From Magallana gigas (taxonomy: Eukaryota): a DNA stretch of 64,000 nucleotides. Within the stretch, counting starts at the first letter, position 1. Every line of letters begins with the position of its first letter. Shown piece after piece: positions 1 to 12,120 of the stretch. The position numbers and the translations under genes are program-made. The stretch lies in contig NC_088854.1 in the NCBI RefSeq assembly GCF_963853765.1, positions 60,078,001-60,142,000 on the forward strand, read 5' to 3'. The notes under the pieces are model-generated. The model had not been told where the DNA came from. It made no database searches and saw only the letters and a list, made by a program, of their open reading frames with translations.

Positions 1-1089
1 CTTTTGCTATATACAAATGCGTCCGTGACAACAGATGATGGACTGTCTGCAAGGTGCACTTTAGGTAACTATTTAATTCATAATTACATAAATACATATA
101 AAGCCTTTAACATAGCTATTCTTTTGTTCATGCTGCTAAGATTTCTTTATAGTAACATTTTTTGTCGCCTGATAAGTCTCACAATTGTACATAATATGTA
201 TCATATGACGTCATTGGATGTGAGAGTCACGTACGGGGAACAATGATATTCAAAATAAGTTAAACTAAACATCGACTGTAACTTTATTATTTGTTCACAG
301 ATATTTTAAGAGAATTTAGGTATATATAGAGTGAAATAAACTTAATTTCATTGGTTATCATAATTGACTGTAAAATTATATTTATACAGTGTGTATAGTA
401 AGTGACTCGATAGCTGAGTGGTTAGCGATGTCATGTCAGTGTAATGTAGTGCTGGAGTCGTATGAATTAAAATTTTAAGAATTTTCTACAGAATGTGCTT
501 ACTTTTCTGAGCTAAGCAAAATGCTTTGTTTCTGTTGCATAATATTCTAAGCAACATGCTTCTATGGTAATACTGTAAAGCATACCGTAATCCACTTACA
601 CTGCATACCCTTTTTCACTTTTATGTAAACTTTTATTGGCATAATACTATATAATTTTCATGAAATTGAAAAGTGTTATGAACTAACAGAGGAAAATTGG
701 ATTAAATTTAATCATCATAAAACTTAAAGTCCAAAATTAAACCAGTGTCATCAAAGTGCCATCTCACATTTGATTATCTATGATAGCATACAATAAAATA
801 CATTAAATAATTCATCATTACCTTAATTGACCATTGGAAACAATTCACTTTGCACAGTAACTCCAGTGTTTACAACAGGGATTTGAGTTAGAATTATTTC
901 CCCTTTTGTTTACAAAAGGGACAAGAGAGGTAACTCTAAAATCTTCTCTGTAATGCGCATTTTTATTTATTTATCTACATTGATATCATAAGTGTAATAA
1001 TGAAGTTTTTGACTATTTAATTAAGACACATACAAAAATTACAAAACAAGTGACCCGATTTTGTAGAGTTTACAAACTAAGAGCAAATT

Positions 1090-1235
1090 TTATAACTTTA
1101 GACTGACCAATCGATAAACGGGGCATGTATATTTCAGTCTGGTTGTTTCTATAGAGCTATGAATTAACTATAAGTTTTCGTAAGATATAGAGGGAATAAT
1201 ACTTGGTAGATGTAAATATATCTTTATAATCTAAG
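1090..1235. mobile_element. Fragment of the dispersed hairpin-bearing (Crypton-like) repeat
   Basis: ccaatcgataaacgggg...tttctatagagctatgaattaacta...gtagatgtaaatata matches 10560-10680 and its copies near 17020-17140 and 23440-23560. Confidence 0.55.
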
Positions 1236-2177
1236 CACGCTGTGTTGAATCCCCCCCCCCCTTTTAAAGCCATATCTAGATAAGTCAAGTGGTATTGCAG
1301 TTAGAATAGATTCCATCCGTGTCTGGATTTTTCGATTGGGTTCGAACCCTGAAAAATTTGATTTTTTTTAGTACATATATCTTTTAATCGCATGATAATG
1401 TACTGCATAAAGATAAATTTAAATTGGCAGATAAAAGTTATTTAAACGCTTGTTAATGTAATAATTTGCATGCGTGCTTAATTCTTTTTCAAAAGTACTT
1501 ACTGTGTGATCTCTCCGTTATAAACTTGAATCATTAACATTTTCTTTTGAACAAGGGATTTTAAAACAATTTACGCATCAATGTAGAAAATTGATTTTTC
1601 CCTCTTTTTATGAAATAAGCGGGCATGCCGGTATGAATCGTTGATGAAGCAATAGGTTAATGAAAATATGTACGGATACATTTATTCCACCTTTTTATCC
1701 AGATAAGGCGTTTGTTTAGATACTAAAGAAACATGGGATAATCATAATTACAACTCAATTGAAGACCCCGGGATCGGATTTTTTCATGTAGCTCCAAAGA
1801 ATGATATTTCAAACACGCCGGACAGTAGAAATCGTTAACATCAAAATACAGAATATATGGCCATCTTCAGAACTGTTTTTGTTGGTTGCCGTGTTTGATA
1901 GAAATTCGCGTAATATGTGTGTGTTTTGTCTACATACGGAACATGCCCACCAAGTAAATATAGTCGCCTACGTAATGTGTCTATATTTAGATATGACTTT
2001 TTTATAAAAGCTCCTTTCCTTCAGTTTTTTTTCAATTTTCGTCATTTTTTTTTTGTTAATTCAAGATCGTAATAATATATCATTAGTATTTATATTAATG
2101 TATCTTTAATATTATATACGACTTTCTTATACATTTATGTGTCAGTGCTCAAAAAATCAGAGAGACAGCAACAATGT

Positions 2178-2180
<3 letters not shown>

Positions 2181-2224
<44 letters not shown>
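2181..2224 (+). repeat. (GA)22 microsatellite
   Basis: Direct reading. Confidence 0.98.
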
Positions 2225-2227
<3 letters not shown>

Positions 2228-2282
2228 ATTTGATAAAAAGATGAAAAGAAAAGCAGCCGATTAAAATTGTTTACTGGGAAAA

Positions 2283-2321
2283 GGGGTGGGAGGGGGGAGG
2301 GGAGGGGTGGGGGAGGGGTGG
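2283..2321 (+). other. G-run tract with G-quadruplex potential upstream of the transposase
   Basis: ggggtgggaggggggaggggaggggtgggggaggggtgg has more than four runs of 3+ G. Folding is not demonstrated. Confidence 0.5.
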
Positions 2322-2456
2322 CAAATCATCTCTTATCTTACACATGCACGCACATATTTAAACTGTATATACGGTCGGTGTACATGTGATGGGGTGAAAC
2401 AATATTTTCTGGTGGTGGTGGTGGTGATCGGTTTTAAGTTATTGTGGTTACTGCAT

Positions 2457-2487
<31 letters not shown>

Positions 2488-2539
2488 TTTAAAATGTTTT
2501 CTTTTGAAATTTAAAGTGTTTTTGTCTGATATATGCAGC

Positions 2540-5040
2540 ATGCCAGGAACAGGACCAAAATCATATCCATGTGTTCTATGTAACAAAAGGACAACACCAA
2601 ATGACAGATACAAAATTAAAAGTCAGCATGCTACAATAATAGAAAAAAAGTTTTTACAGAAGACAACAAATGAAGATGTTCTTTGCAGGAAATGCAGATA
2701 TATCTGTGAAACTCAATCATTTGCAACGCAAGAAAGTAAATCTGATAACTCAGGTCCAAGTGAACCATGCAAGAGAATGAAAACATCCGGCTGTGCTAGT
2801 CCACCCTCTATTACACTAAGCATTCCTAGTACGTCGAAGAGTCATGCAAACTTTGTTATATGCAAAAAAACTTGGTCCAAAGCTCATTGTTGTGACTCAG
2901 TATGCCCGCGTCAGAGCCTTCATACGGAAAGAAATGTTTGTTCCTGCCGGTTCGAGGTGTTGCCCAAAACATATTGCAGACAATGAGTTTACTGTCGATG
3001 CTCTACAAAAGATGCAGCAAACTAACCCTGACACAAATATCAACAGAACAGCGACTGTGGGATTGCTTCAACAAACCAGAGACTTTGCTATACGGAATGA
3101 AAATACTAGACTTAACTTTGACAACCCAAATAGCATGGATAATGAAGACTATTATAACCTTACTGGGTTGACGAAGGACCAGTTTGAAGAATTACTCTCA
3201 TACCTGAAAGATGTTGACATCAGAGCATCGAAGACCAGAAGTGCAAGGACTTGTATTGCAATTCTTTTAACAAAACTGCGTTGTGGAATAAGTAATCACT
3301 TACTCGGAACCCTCTTTGGCTTGCAGAAATGGCAGGTAAGTTCTTTTACATAAAATATCCATTGTTAACTAAGATATTTTGTTAAAGAACGACCATATAT
3401 TACTGTATTATCTTTCATAGGTAAGGCGTGCGGTACTGACAGCAAAACATGCTCTAATGTCAAACTTTGTTCCCCATCATTTGGGATTTCCCCACATTGC
3501 TAGGGAAGACGTTAAAGAAAACCACACCCGTCCATTAGCTAAAGAACTACTCTGCAATGTAGCTGAAAATCCAGTAATTCTAGTACTTGATGGGACGTAT
3601 ATTTACCTGCAGAAAAGTGGCAATTTTACATTCTCAAGAAGATCATACAGTACTCATAAACATAGACCGTTGGTTAAACCCATGATAGTGGTCACAACAT
3701 CGGGGTACATTGTTTCCGTACTGGGTCCATACCTGGCTGACTCTAAGAATTCGGATGCAAAGATTTTGACGCATATGATAGAAACGAACGTAGAAGAAAT
3801 TAAGGACTGGATACAGGAAGACGACATATTCATAGTCGATAGAGGGTTTAGGGATGCAGAAGCTCTACTGAGTGATATTGGAATCCACATTGAAATGCCT
3901 TCCTTCTTAACACGTGGAGCAAAACAACACTCAACAGAAGAGTCTAATGCAACACGTCTAGTTACAAAAGTAAGATGACTGTTGAAAATTAGGATTGAAA
4001 CATGTATGAACATGCATTTTAAGTGTAAATTTTAAAAAACAATATTTCAATTGTATTTTGACTAAACTTATGATAAGAATAATTTCCTAGTTAGTAAAAA
4101 TTATTGTAAATCAATCAAAATCTACACTTTGAATTATTGTAGCTGCGATGGGTTGTGGAAAGTGTGAATGGTAGACTCAAGACCTGGAACTACTTAGATA
4201 GGACAATTCCTAATAGTCAGATTCCACACATCGGAGACTATGTTCGCATCATAAGCGCCATATGTAATAAATTCAGGCCTGATGTTAGTGTAGCAGTTGA
4301 GAGCGACCTATCCACTGCTGCAAAGATGCGTTTTCTTTCAAAGGAAGCAAATGTACTTAAAGAATATGTAGAAAGAAACGGTAATTTGCTAAAACTACTC
4401 GACATAAAATCATTACATTAGGGTCATTTTGTTTAGATTGTTACAACATCTGAAGAATATTTTTCTTTTGTCATACTTGATATGAGTTTATAAAATGATT
4501 ACTATTAATTTTGATATATATGTTAACGTGGATTTTTAAACAATAGGTCTGGACAAACGGGAAATACGATGGCAGAAGATCGACGCCAGCGATGCAAGTA
4601 TTGCATTTCCTCAACTTTCAGAAGAAGAAATACGAGAGTTAACGATGGGGGTATACCAGATAAAGCTAGCTAAGTCTTATGCCCAAGAACACGTTGATAA
4701 AGATGGAAACTATGAAATTCTTGTCAACAATGACCATGATGGTATCCTATGCGCCAAACTTCAAAGCAGACATGTCTCGGCAAAGAAATATATGTTGTGG
4801 ATTGGTTTTGATGAGATGAGCATTAAGTCATGGTTCTGTAAGTGCAAAGTAGGATCTAGAGTTGTGGGTATGTGCGCCCACATCACAAGTGTTATATGGT
4901 TTTTGTCATATGCAAAATACAAAGACATTCAAAACCTTGGTGTACGCAATTGGTGCAGCTACGTTGATGACGCTGCAGCGTTGCCTGTGGATAATTCTGA
5001 TAGTGAAGAAGACAGTCTTGTCGGAAATGAAGAGGAATAA
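2540..5040 (+). mobile_element. PIF/Harbinger-ISL2EU (PHIS)-type DDE transposase gene with N-terminal Cys motifs and C-terminal SWIM-type finger; one +1 frameshift
   Basis: Exons 2540-3335, 3421-3969, 4143-4380, 4547-5040 with GT-AG sites and matching phases. Motifs LDGTY, VDRGF and VESVNGRLK give the D,D,E triad of the DDE_Tnp_4 type; CKC-x9-CAH is SWIM-like. One extra A in the A7 run at 2864-2870 joins ORFs 2444 and 2844. Confidence 0.88.
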
Positions 5041-5078
5041 TATGAACAAAATGATTGTGTTTTATATTTGGTTCCATT

Positions 5079-5084
<6 letters not shown>

Positions 5085-5130
<46 letters not shown>
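5085..5130 (+). repeat. (GA)23 microsatellite
   Basis: Direct reading. Confidence 0.98.
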
Positions 5131-5134
<4 letters not shown>

Positions 5135-6255
5135 TATAGTGTTTGAGAAGTTTTACGGAGAGAGTGTGAGGGAAAAAATATATAGCAACGTTCTTAGCAA
5201 AGTGTTTCCTTGACAGTATGTTTAAATATATTCGATGAGAAAGAGGGAGAGAGTTATTTTCATGTTGGTACTCTTTTTAATAGTAGGTAGTTACAGAGAA
5301 AAATTAAAATTATCATTTTAATTATACAAAAATTATGATTTCTTGATTCATAAATTCAATGACGTCGCCTACAATCTTAGGTATTATGACAATTGTATGT
5401 ATTTATATACTGTACATGTATGTACATAAACATACATGTATATACCTAATATTTAAATATAATGAAGTAAAAGATAAACAGGTATAATTGTATTACATAA
5501 TTGAATTGAGTGTCAGGTAAATCGAGAAGAACAATGTTTCCTATACATGTACCGGTAGATGTTTTACCAATTGCGTTTTGGTTGAACCGTTTTTCATTTG
5601 TCGGAATTTATCACCATGAAGACCCTATATAATACTAATATCAAATCAAAAGTTGATTATCAATTTATAAAGTAACTGAAAGGTTAAGAGTAGAACACAT
5701 ACATGTATAGAAAAAACACAATAGCGGCATAACATTGATTAATTAATCTACAATTTTTCACGCAGTACAGATGTTATTACATTGAAATCTGATAACGTCA
5801 AGTTGACGTCATGACGTCGTGAGCGTTGTTTTCGTCATCAGACATAATAATTTTAGTGAGTTGTATAAGGAGAATAGCTTGAGATATCTAAAAAATATAA
5901 ACTGATTTAAAACAGGGAAATCCTAGACATTATTCACTAATATCTTCATTTGATTTCGGAACTGGGCCGATTTTGGTACAAAATGTACCTTGTTCTTTAT
6001 TCCAATTTCGAATATTATGAATTATTTTGATTGAATAATTCATGAATCTATAAGATTATTTTAATGTAAGAAAAATACATAAAAGAATAAAAATATTATA
6101 CATGTACATGTATATTATTTCAAAATAATTATGACTAGAGCGAAATCTACTTCACACTTCAAGCACCATATCATGAAGGAGATTCAAATGTATGCTTTTC
6201 AATTTCTAAAAATTAGAAATCGCCATACTATATGCATTTTAAATCTTGAACTCAC

Positions 6256-7608
6256 AGAGAACATTGATGGCAACTGAAGCAGCATCCGACCACCCAACAC
6301 TGTTTCTGGCGCTACACTGCAGAGTATTGTTGCCCCTCAGTGAAACTCTATCAATACTTAAATACGATTCTCTTCCAACAATTTCAGGATTTCCTGGCAC
6401 CGACCAGAGGTATTCCAGAATTACTACAGGGTTTGCCTTTACAACTTCACAGATGACTTTTACTTTCCCGCCAATATTAACATTCAGGACTTTGGGAGAT
6501 GCAATCCTGGTAACGGGTTTGTCTATTCGTGATTTAGAAAAAAAATTAATCTTTAAAAATTGTAATCGTGTAAATACATAAATTCAGCAACTTGGAATAA
6601 AACATACAGAGAATATTCAGGACTGTAGCTGTAGTGAGCGAGTTGTTATTGTTGGTCGCCCGGCAACGTAATATTTTTGCGTCATCATTTTTGTCAGCTA
6701 TCAGTTCCAATTTTTGATTGGTCCCATTAACTTCAGTTTCTCCGATAAACCATTGGATGATGGGGGCGGGGTAGGCATCACTATTTACAGAGCACGTAAC
6801 CAACGTCCTTGTGCCTTCTGCCAAGGTTAACGGATTTTTGTTTGGTGAAAGAGACAAGTTCCGAACAAATACTTAAATTGAAAAAAAAAATCAAAACTGC
6901 TGAAACTGTACCCATTCAAAATCACTGGAAATGTTATTGTTTATTTATGAAAACTTATGGATTTAACTGACTTAGATACATTACAAAATTTATGAAAGTT
7001 TTTATTTAAAAGGTTAGTCTTAGGTTTTCATATTCATTAATGCTTGTAGGAATTACCAGTCTCTAAAAAAAACTTTCATAAAATTACCTGCAATTTTGAG
7101 TTGTACAACCTTGCTTTTGTAACTTTCATCCCCGAAGTAACCACATCGCCAGTCTGAGCTTTCTTCGTATTTCGTCATGCTTGCAGGAGGAATTGAAAGA
7201 GAAAATACATTTTCGGAGACACAGTGAAGCTCATACCTTGAACTTTGAGGATTAGAAAGACATGTACCATCAGAATTCCATCCAACAGTTCCAACAAGGA
7301 TATCGTTCCTTGTAAATTTAACAACAGTATACTTTTGGTCTACTGGTGTAAAAATGGAGCACGTCCACGAATATGCCTTTCCTAGTATTGCTGCTGGAAG
7401 TGAACCAGTTAAATTATATTGTCCTGGAATTAAAGTTTTATAAAAAAAAATATGAACTCTGCAAAGATAACTCTACTGTCGTCAGCAATGATTGAAATAA
7501 CAAAATTGAGAAAATGGTTAGTTATTGTATGAACCATATCTTACCCAGAGAACTGTTGTAATTATTCAATAATATTAAGATTATAAAAAACAATCCGATG
7601 TTATCCAT
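6256..7608 (-). CDS. IgSF gene copy 1: signal peptide + 3 Ig domains; FN3 exon absent from the window
   Basis: Exons 7545-7608 (MDNIGLFFIILILLNNYNSSL, signal-like), 7088-7423, 6608-6871, 6256-6522; all phase-1 introns and open frames; Ig C...W...C patterns. Homology to the other units stops at ~5997. Confidence 0.82.
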
Positions 7609-8759
7609 ATTCGTATTTCAGAAAGATTAATTATTAAATAAATTTAACAATTTGTGATTCAACGCTTAAAAAACATGTCCTGTTCTGTCTAAGAGTTTAA
7701 GTGTCATAACTTCGAGTCAACCTTTACTCTTGATGCAATGTGTTACGGACGTCAGTATGATTATACATGAATCTCATTATGATAAAAAGTATATCCGCTC
7801 CAAGGGTAAAACACTCCAAGTCAAAGCAATTAACTCAGAGCCCACGATTAAATTCTACAATTTGAATGCTTTTCTTGGGACTTGAAATTAAAAAAAACCT
7901 GGAATATTTCAAAAAACAATTCAACAAGAAAACAGCTCTTTAACGACGGCTAGGTACATGTATTTGTGAATTAGAATTTAATATTTCCCTCAGATTAACT
8001 TAAATGTATCACATAGTACAGATACCCGTATTGTTTCTTTGTTCTTTCATGGTTTGATACTCTGTCGTTGTTTATCACTTAGACATGACGATATTGATGT
8101 TCATTGTAATTGTTTATTTCCCGTTCCGTTATGACGTTGTCAAAGGTTTTAAAATCGACAGGTGCATATTTTTTTTTTAAATTCATATTATACATCAATC
8201 AAAAATACTTTATTCATCTGAAAATAAATAACGGTTGAAAATGCCAAAAGTCAATTATTTGGTTTAATTGTAATAAAAAATAATCATTGCTTGTTTAGCT
8301 TTCTTATCGCTAGATATAAATTTTATCCCTGATTATCACACGAAAAGGCTTCAGCAGTGGTGATTATATTAACGCACATGTACTTAAAGTTGCACAAAAG
8401 CATACTTTACCAGTGTCACCATAAATCAGTGAACATAAAGTTTAAATAACCATCAATTCGAAACTTGATTTTAACAATAACAAATTATTGTAAAAAAAAT
8501 ACTACATTACCTTTTTACTTATCCAATCCACATGTGATATGTATCAACTCTTTTAAACTTCATAAAAAAGATTAAAAACACCCAGTATTTTAAACACCAT
8601 TATGTCACTTGAATTTTAACTTTTATGTCATTATGCTTTATTTCAGAATAATAATTATAATTAAGAACACTGGATACCTTGTTCATTGGTTTTTCTGCTG
8701 CAAACCTGGACAGGAAAATAGTACATATAATAGCCTGTGTAGTTTCTTTTAATTGAATG

Positions 8760-9275
8760 TTAACTCCCGTGATGTTTGGGTGGTCTAGATGGGATGTACA
8801 TCTGGGTCTTGATGTAACTGGGAACTGGACAGTAGGTCGGTGAACCGATTGTATATTTAACTGGGGACCCCATGTGGTCAGGGTTTATGTTGTTTCCATA
8901 AGTTCCCATCTCTTTAGACGCAACAAAGAAACCGTATCGGTGACTTTGTCCAGACTCTAGCAAGTGTGTATATTGAGCTGTAGAAGTCTTCGTCCGGGAC
9001 TGTCATCCATGTAGCCAAGCTCTTCAAACATTGGTTTGACGTTGTCGAATCCGTTTTGGATCACGTTGTTGTGGTCTGTCACCAGTGCTCTTATTGCGTC
9101 CATCGGTAAGTTTAAGTCTCCACTTATCAAAACCTCAGTTTCCGTCTTCAGTGCTAGATACTGCGCCAACGCGGGTTATGTATTTTTTCTGCAATGTCGC
9201 TATCTTCATATCCCGAATGAATCACCAAAGAAAGCATTTTTAAAAATCATTTAAATAATTGACCACCGGTGAACC
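8760..9275 (-). pseudogene. 3' remnant of the EEP-fold gene (unit 1)
   Basis: Frame-broken matches to 57533-58423 (VLISGDLNLPMD, FFVASKEM, MYIPSRPPKHHG*), interrupted by a hairpin arm at 9171-9240. Confidence 0.85.
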
Positions 9276-10122
9276 AAGTCTAGTGACAATGGTACTATTT
9301 TTTCAGTGGCCGGACGCATATAAGCGAGGTCATGTCAAAACTCAAAATTAAAATCATAATAAATTATTTTATAAAATGATGATGAAAGAATTTATATTAA
9401 ATTTTAGCGAAAACTTGTATACAACCTGGTATAAAATAAGATATTGTGCCAAATAAAATAAGATTTATAATTTTCAATTATATGAGTTTATAATTATACT
9501 AGATATTATAATTATATGAAAAAGTTAAGATTCATTTTAATTGTAACAAAGTTAAGAAAAATTCAATCATATTTGATATGTATTTATGTACATGCATGCA
9601 TATGTTTCAAATGAAATAATAAAGATAAGGGAGTGCTTCAAATTTACATTAATTATACACTGTCCCGAGTTTTTGCTTCCACCGTTTTTCGCTTGATATT
9701 TCGATAGCCATCAATGCCTTTTTGCTCAAACTACGTTCATCCACTAATATTATAAATGTTCAGATTATTTGTTTTGAAACGCCCCCTCTGCCGCTTCAGG
9801 TTTCAATACACATCCCAAAATAAAAAGTCTACAGGAATTTTGCATTGCATTAGCCATCAATAAGCCCGGATAACGTTGAACAATTGTGTGAGGTATTGCG
9901 AGTGACTTCCGAATGCCGAAAAGATGTAAACATTTCCCATTATAAATCTCCATAAGAACTATAAAACGCATTTGTTCTTTGTTTTTCATGTTTTTTGATA
10001 CTGTATCATTGTTTATGACTTGGGCAATAAAAATATTGATGTCCATTATAATTGTTTATTTCTTGTTCCGTAATAACGTTGTCAAAATTAGTGCATGTTT
10101 TAAAATCTACAACTGCATAATT

Positions 10123-10702
10123 ATATGATTATATTATTTAAACAATAAATTGCTTTCTTTGGTGATTCATTCGGGATATGAAGGTAGCGACATTGCAGAA
10201 AAAAGACATAACCCGCGTTAGCGGGTTATGTAATTTTTTTCTGCAATGATCGCTACCTTCATAACCCGCATTAATCATAAAAGAAAGCATTTTATTATTT
10301 ATATTAACATCTTTCTTTAAACTAATAAATAAATTGATTATGAAAAGTTAGTAAAATTCACCAAATTATTGTTAATGTACATAAGTACTTTATCTAAAAG
10401 AAACAGCCAATTCGTCTCCTGTGAGACTTTGAGTCTGACATCATCATGATTATTTTGTGCAGTCCATGATTATTCTTAGGTTGCTGGTGGCTTCGACCAA
10501 TCGATAAACAGGGCGTGTCCATTTTATTCCTGTCTGTGAGTTTCAGCCGTTGTAGATTTCGGCCAATCGATAAACGGGGCGTGTAGATTTCAGTGTGACT
10601 GTTTCTATAGAGCTATGAATTAACTATATGTTTCCGGAAGAAATAGAGGAAATAATACTTAGTAGATGTAAATATATGATTATATATCAATCAAAAATGC
10701 TT
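10123..10702. mobile_element. Non-autonomous element with a ~140-bp imperfect hairpin (10151-10289) and short terminal direct repeats; Crypton-like
   Basis: tgctttctttggtgattcattcggg...cataacccgc-gtta-gcgggttatg...aagaaagca folds back. atatgattatat...aaaatgcttt recurs at both ends. Family assignment is inference. Confidence 0.55.
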
Positions 10703-12120
10703 TAATTGTATATATACTTGTCAAAGAACTATTATAGACATTTATAGTATTGTTTTATATTAAGTCCTCATGATTTTCAGTTTAAATTACCACTTTATTA
10801 TTTCAGAAAGTTTGTTTATTGTGCATGTATTTACTAAATCAAGGAATATATGATGTAGCTTATAACATGATTTTATTGAAAGATTCAGCATATTATACAC
10901 ATAAAGATTTTGTTATACGTTATTCTAAATGTTTTGATATACATTGTGTATATATAATAGAAATTGATCTTTTTATTTGTTTTAATGTATAAATGGCACA
11001 TTAAGCGACAAACGGATACCTACATTATTAGCATTCTGTAGTTTTGTCAAAAAGGAAATAAATGAATTGTCAAATTTTAAGTTGTAATTGTTGTATAAAG
11101 TCGAAAGTTCATGACTTAATTAATAGGAAAGATGAGAATAATGGGAGCTATGTGTTGCATTCCTCTATTTCATCTTACAAAAGCAGTGCATTTTTATGTT
11201 GTATAATTTTGATATTTCAATTTTGTCCATAAAACATACATAATAAACAAGAGCTCTATTGATCATATTTAAGGGCTGGATGGTGGTGGCCATTTTTAGG
11301 GTATATTGATCTCCTTGAGAAGAAGAGCTCTTTTAAAGATCTAAGAAAATTTTAAAGTTAAAAAATTAGTACGGAGTTTTTCTTTAGTAAAAAAAAGTCT
11401 ATGACTGAAAAAAGCATATCTAAATATTTTAATTACATCAGGTGATTAATTTGTTGATTACCTATCCTCAATTATCAATAGATTAAAAATTTAACATATT
11501 TTAATTCTTTAAATGAACAGTCGTCAATAGTATTAATTAAAATAATATATAAATTAAATGCATTTAATGGTAATTAAAGTAATATGCCATGATACCTTCA
11601 CGAGAAGTCAGAAAATGTTATTACAAAATCATAATTTAACTTTGAGTCTCATATGACGAAACTAATGCTATATTCTGTCTGTCATGTTTTGTGGTAAAAT
11701 GTATTAGGAGTCTGATATTGAAGCAGAGGTCGTATTGTACAAAAGTCAGTTTGCTATTACTAGCATTCCAATGCACAGACATCTTTCTCCTGGTACAAAG
11801 GTATTCAAATATTATCTATCTTAAATTGTTAAAGTACATTAAAAGTTATTAAAAGTAATATTGTAGTTTAGTTTCATTAATGTTTGTTGAATACCAACTT
11901 TCTGTGATTTCGTTATTTTGTTGATTCACAAACACTGAATGTTCAAAGAAGTTAAATACTCCATAACATATTCCATTGATAGAATATTTGACCAAAAAAT
12001 AAAGTTTCCCTGAAATTGTCATTTTTATGAAATCCATGAAAATAAATGCCGTTCGATATTAATTAAACACAGAAGGTACACATTTCAATAGATAAAAGCT
12101 TTCTTACTTGGACAACCTAC

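Noticed and set aside
1-62. Possible minus-strand exon start (cttgcag|ACAGTCCATCA..., DSPSSVVTDAFVYSK) belonging to the IgSF gene
   Set aside because: Too short and cut by the window edge; no diagnostic motif.
404-1350. tRNA/SINE-like A box (gatagctgagtggttag, ~407-424) and B box (ggttcgaaccc, ~1339-1349)
   Set aside because: They are ~900 bp apart with no cloverleaf; at most decayed SINE fragments, not a tRNA gene.
2860-2875. AAAAAAC as a programmed -1 frameshift site in the transposase
   Set aside because: The downstream ORF needs a +1 shift and the heptamer is not phased as X XXY YYZ; an indel or sequencing error is simpler.
6246-6581. Plus-strand ORFs 6246, 12702, 19160, 31970 and other antisense ORFs (3654, 26683, 28977, 29918, 44113, 57550)
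   Set aside because: Antisense shadows of real exons on the other strand.
8604-8760. ~53-codon frame open after the EEP stop in all three units (also within ORFs 15082 and 21497)
   Set aside because: Differences among copies are mostly replacements and the intact EEP genes lack it; probably chance in recent duplicates.
9765-10046. ORF family EIYNGKCLHLF (9765, 16224, 33929) as a small protein
   Set aside because: The nucleotide alignment between diverged copies goes out of frame; it behaves as a non-coding repeat.
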